Assembly: GCA_964188305.1 (NCBI GenBank)
Contig: OZ076887.1
From: Podarcis bocagei
Lineage: Eukaryota
Reading direction: 5' to 3' (one strand)
DNA: 64,000 nucleotides
The notes under the pieces were generated by a model. It saw nothing but the letters and a program-made list of their open reading frames with translations, had not been told where the DNA came from and searched no databases. Numbering within the stretch: position 1 is the first letter of the stretch; every line of letters begins with the position of its first letter. Below are positions 63,056-64,000 of this stretch, piece by piece. The position numbers and the translations under genes are program-made.

Positions 63056-64000
63056 TGCCCATCGTTCTGAGTGAAGGGGATGGGCTTGCAAGCTTCTTCT
63101 TTTACTCTGCATATCAGTGTGCATTGACTCTTCCCCTCATCCTCCAGAGTTCATATTAATAAAGTCTAAAATCATTCCTCCTTGCAATATCCCAAATTGC
63201 AATATCCCTGTATCAGATTCACTACTTACTGGATAGCTCGGGTGGCTATTGAATCAATTGAAAGCTTTCTAGCAGTCAGCTTCATCCTATAACCATATTT
63301 TGTTTTCTCCTGCCAGGAGGGTACCCAGAGTTGTTGATCACATTGTTAATGTGACTTGGGGAAGCAAGGAACTGACCTTTAATCTTTTAATTGAGAAGTG
63401 GGATCATAAACATACAGTGCAGAGGTGGCAAACAAACTGTTCAATGAGAGAAGCAGAAAACAATAATTAAGATTACTTAGCTCTTTATGCCTGTCAGATG
63501 CTAATTGGTGCATTGCATAAGCAGAAAAGCAATGGTAGAAGCGTGCATTATAGAATCATGTGTTATATGCAACAACAACAGAATGCTAGATCACCGACTC
63601 AAACTCAGAAAAACCTTTTATTTCATACATCCTTAAAATATGCCATTTATTCCAATTTTGTACAGGGGATAGTTGAATATAATCAAATAAATACTAATAT
63701 AATCAAATAAGCTGTGACTATCTGTTAAAGACCAATAAGCAATAAGCCCAAAGGAGTTTAATGAATTATAAGAGTGCATTTCTGAAATTTGAATGCATGC
63801 AGAGTACTAATTTTAGATGTGCTTATTACTGATTTGTTGAAAAACAAAACAAAAATGCAATGAAATATAATTCCTGAAAAATTATTCTTATTTTAATTTT
63901 ATTTATTTAATATATTTTTATCCTGCCTCTCAAAAAAAATAGCTTCACTAAGTGGCAATCGTGTAACTTGAAACTCACAGTAACCTTTAAATTGGGTTTT

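Noticed and set aside
60423-64000. Expected next CDC42BPA exon (NxRPQESRTVFSGS-like)
   Set aside because: Not found in the window; presumably lies beyond 64000.

Overview
Vertebrate genomic DNA, not prokaryotic. The Sauria SINEs and the L2/CR1/MITE landscape point to a squamate, probably a lacertid lizard (inference). The whole window lies inside one + strand gene, CDC42BPA (MRCK-alpha). I traced 27 GT-AG exons by hand between 175 and 60422, all phase-compatible. They encode the coiled coils, a variable cassette region, C1, PH, CNH and CRIB. The kinase exons lie upstream and the last exons downstream of the window. Most ORF-track entries are intronic noise or repeats. Main observations: (1) a 186-nt exon with a second CRIB motif that the ORF track misses, flanked by a ~100-nt AG-free CT tract and a TACTAAC motif; (2) four phase-0 cassette exons, one followed by a dense YGCY cluster; (3) exon starts that recreate strong donors, one giving an in-frame deletion; (4) candidate alternative-first and poison exons in the 8-kb intron; (5) two Tc1/mariner-type MITEs with shared arms but different cores containing long palindromes; (6) two hAT-like elements with the identical TSD GTTACAAC. 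I found no wholly new multi-gene system. Family names come from my recall of the sequences, not from database searches.
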